This document shows positions 63,305-64,000 of a stretch of DNA of 64,000 bases, in pieces. The position numbers and the translations under genes are program-made. Within the stretch, counting starts at the first letter, position 1. The number at the start of each line of letters is the position of its first letter. Source of the stretch: Lama guanicoe. Taxonomy: Eukaryota. A model generated the notes under the pieces. The model made no database searches. It had not been told where the DNA came from and saw nothing but the letters and a program-made list of their open reading frames with translations. The DNA lies in contig MU054323.1 in the NCBI GenBank assembly GCA_013239625.1, forward strand, positions 17,736,029-17,800,028. The letters are read 5' to 3'.

Positions 63305-64000
63305 ATTCACAGAAGTTACTGGGATAATCTTTAGTTCTTTAGGTATACATTCCTATACTGCCTGAATTTTTTTTTTATAATGAACAAGTATTTTTATATT
63401 CAGAGAAAAAGAATGGAGATAGTCTAATGTGGGAAAACACAAAAATACCAGTTGCACAAAATAAAGTTACCTTGAACTTTTCTTGGGATGCAATTCATGC
63501 ATCCTAATCTCAAGTCTTTAGCAAGTTTAGAATTTGAACCACCCTTGGGTTAAGCACTTAAGAAAAAAGTCACCACCTCTCTCTATAATTAACCTGGAGA
63601 GATTCAATAGCAAAGATGGAAATATCTAAGATCAGGGAAAAATGAAAATGGGATTAGTAAAGGGTATTCATAGTCAGTGCCAGTGTATCTCAGAGGGAGA
63701 AATGGTTTCCCAAAGGATGGGAGTCAGTCAGGAGCACAGGTTTCTGCATATTTCTGTTTCTACATGCAGGGAAAAATCAAAACCACAACTTCACCTCTTG
63801 GTCTTACCACTAGAAGAATTACAAGCTTAATTAAGTCTTTTGGCCCAGGGTCTCATTTACTTTTGAGTGAACCTGAGAGCTAATATCCTAGTTAGGAAAC
63901 TTTTTTTTTTTTTTTTTTTTTTAGTCTCGGGGCACGGGGGTTCCAGAGAAGTAAGATGAAGACTCAGGCCAGGGTGCTCAAGCTGACATCAGCGCGTGGG

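Overview
This is mammalian genomic DNA, most likely camelid (alpaca, vicuna or camel). It carries four copies of a tRNA-Ala-derived SINE whose tail (AAATAAACCTAATTACC...) matches the camelid Vic-1 family as I recall it. I saw no Alu, B1, BovA/BovB or PRE1. The window reads as intergenic or intronic. It is dense with ancient eutherian repeats (L2, MIR, L3/CR1, old L1, MLT1/MLT2/LTR16 LTRs, hAT MERs) and has a few younger TPRT insertions with visible target-site duplications. I recognise no protein-coding gene, rRNA, functional tRNA or CRISPR array, and the ORF track is mostly noise or repeat-derived. Items worth follow-up: (i) a 263-bp retroposed insert of unrecognised origin between perfect 18-bp TSDs; (ii) a complex A-AB-AB tandem duplication with a fold-back junction; (iii) two SINEs stacked at one target site; (iv) a well-formed 14-nt micro-exon and other orphan exon-like units; (v) a speculative minus-strand spliced 122-aa ORF at 52-61 kb; (vi) several enhancer-like motif clusters. 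I cannot support a claim of a new biological system. Repeat subfamily names come from recalled consensus sequences, and the boundaries of old elements are approximate.
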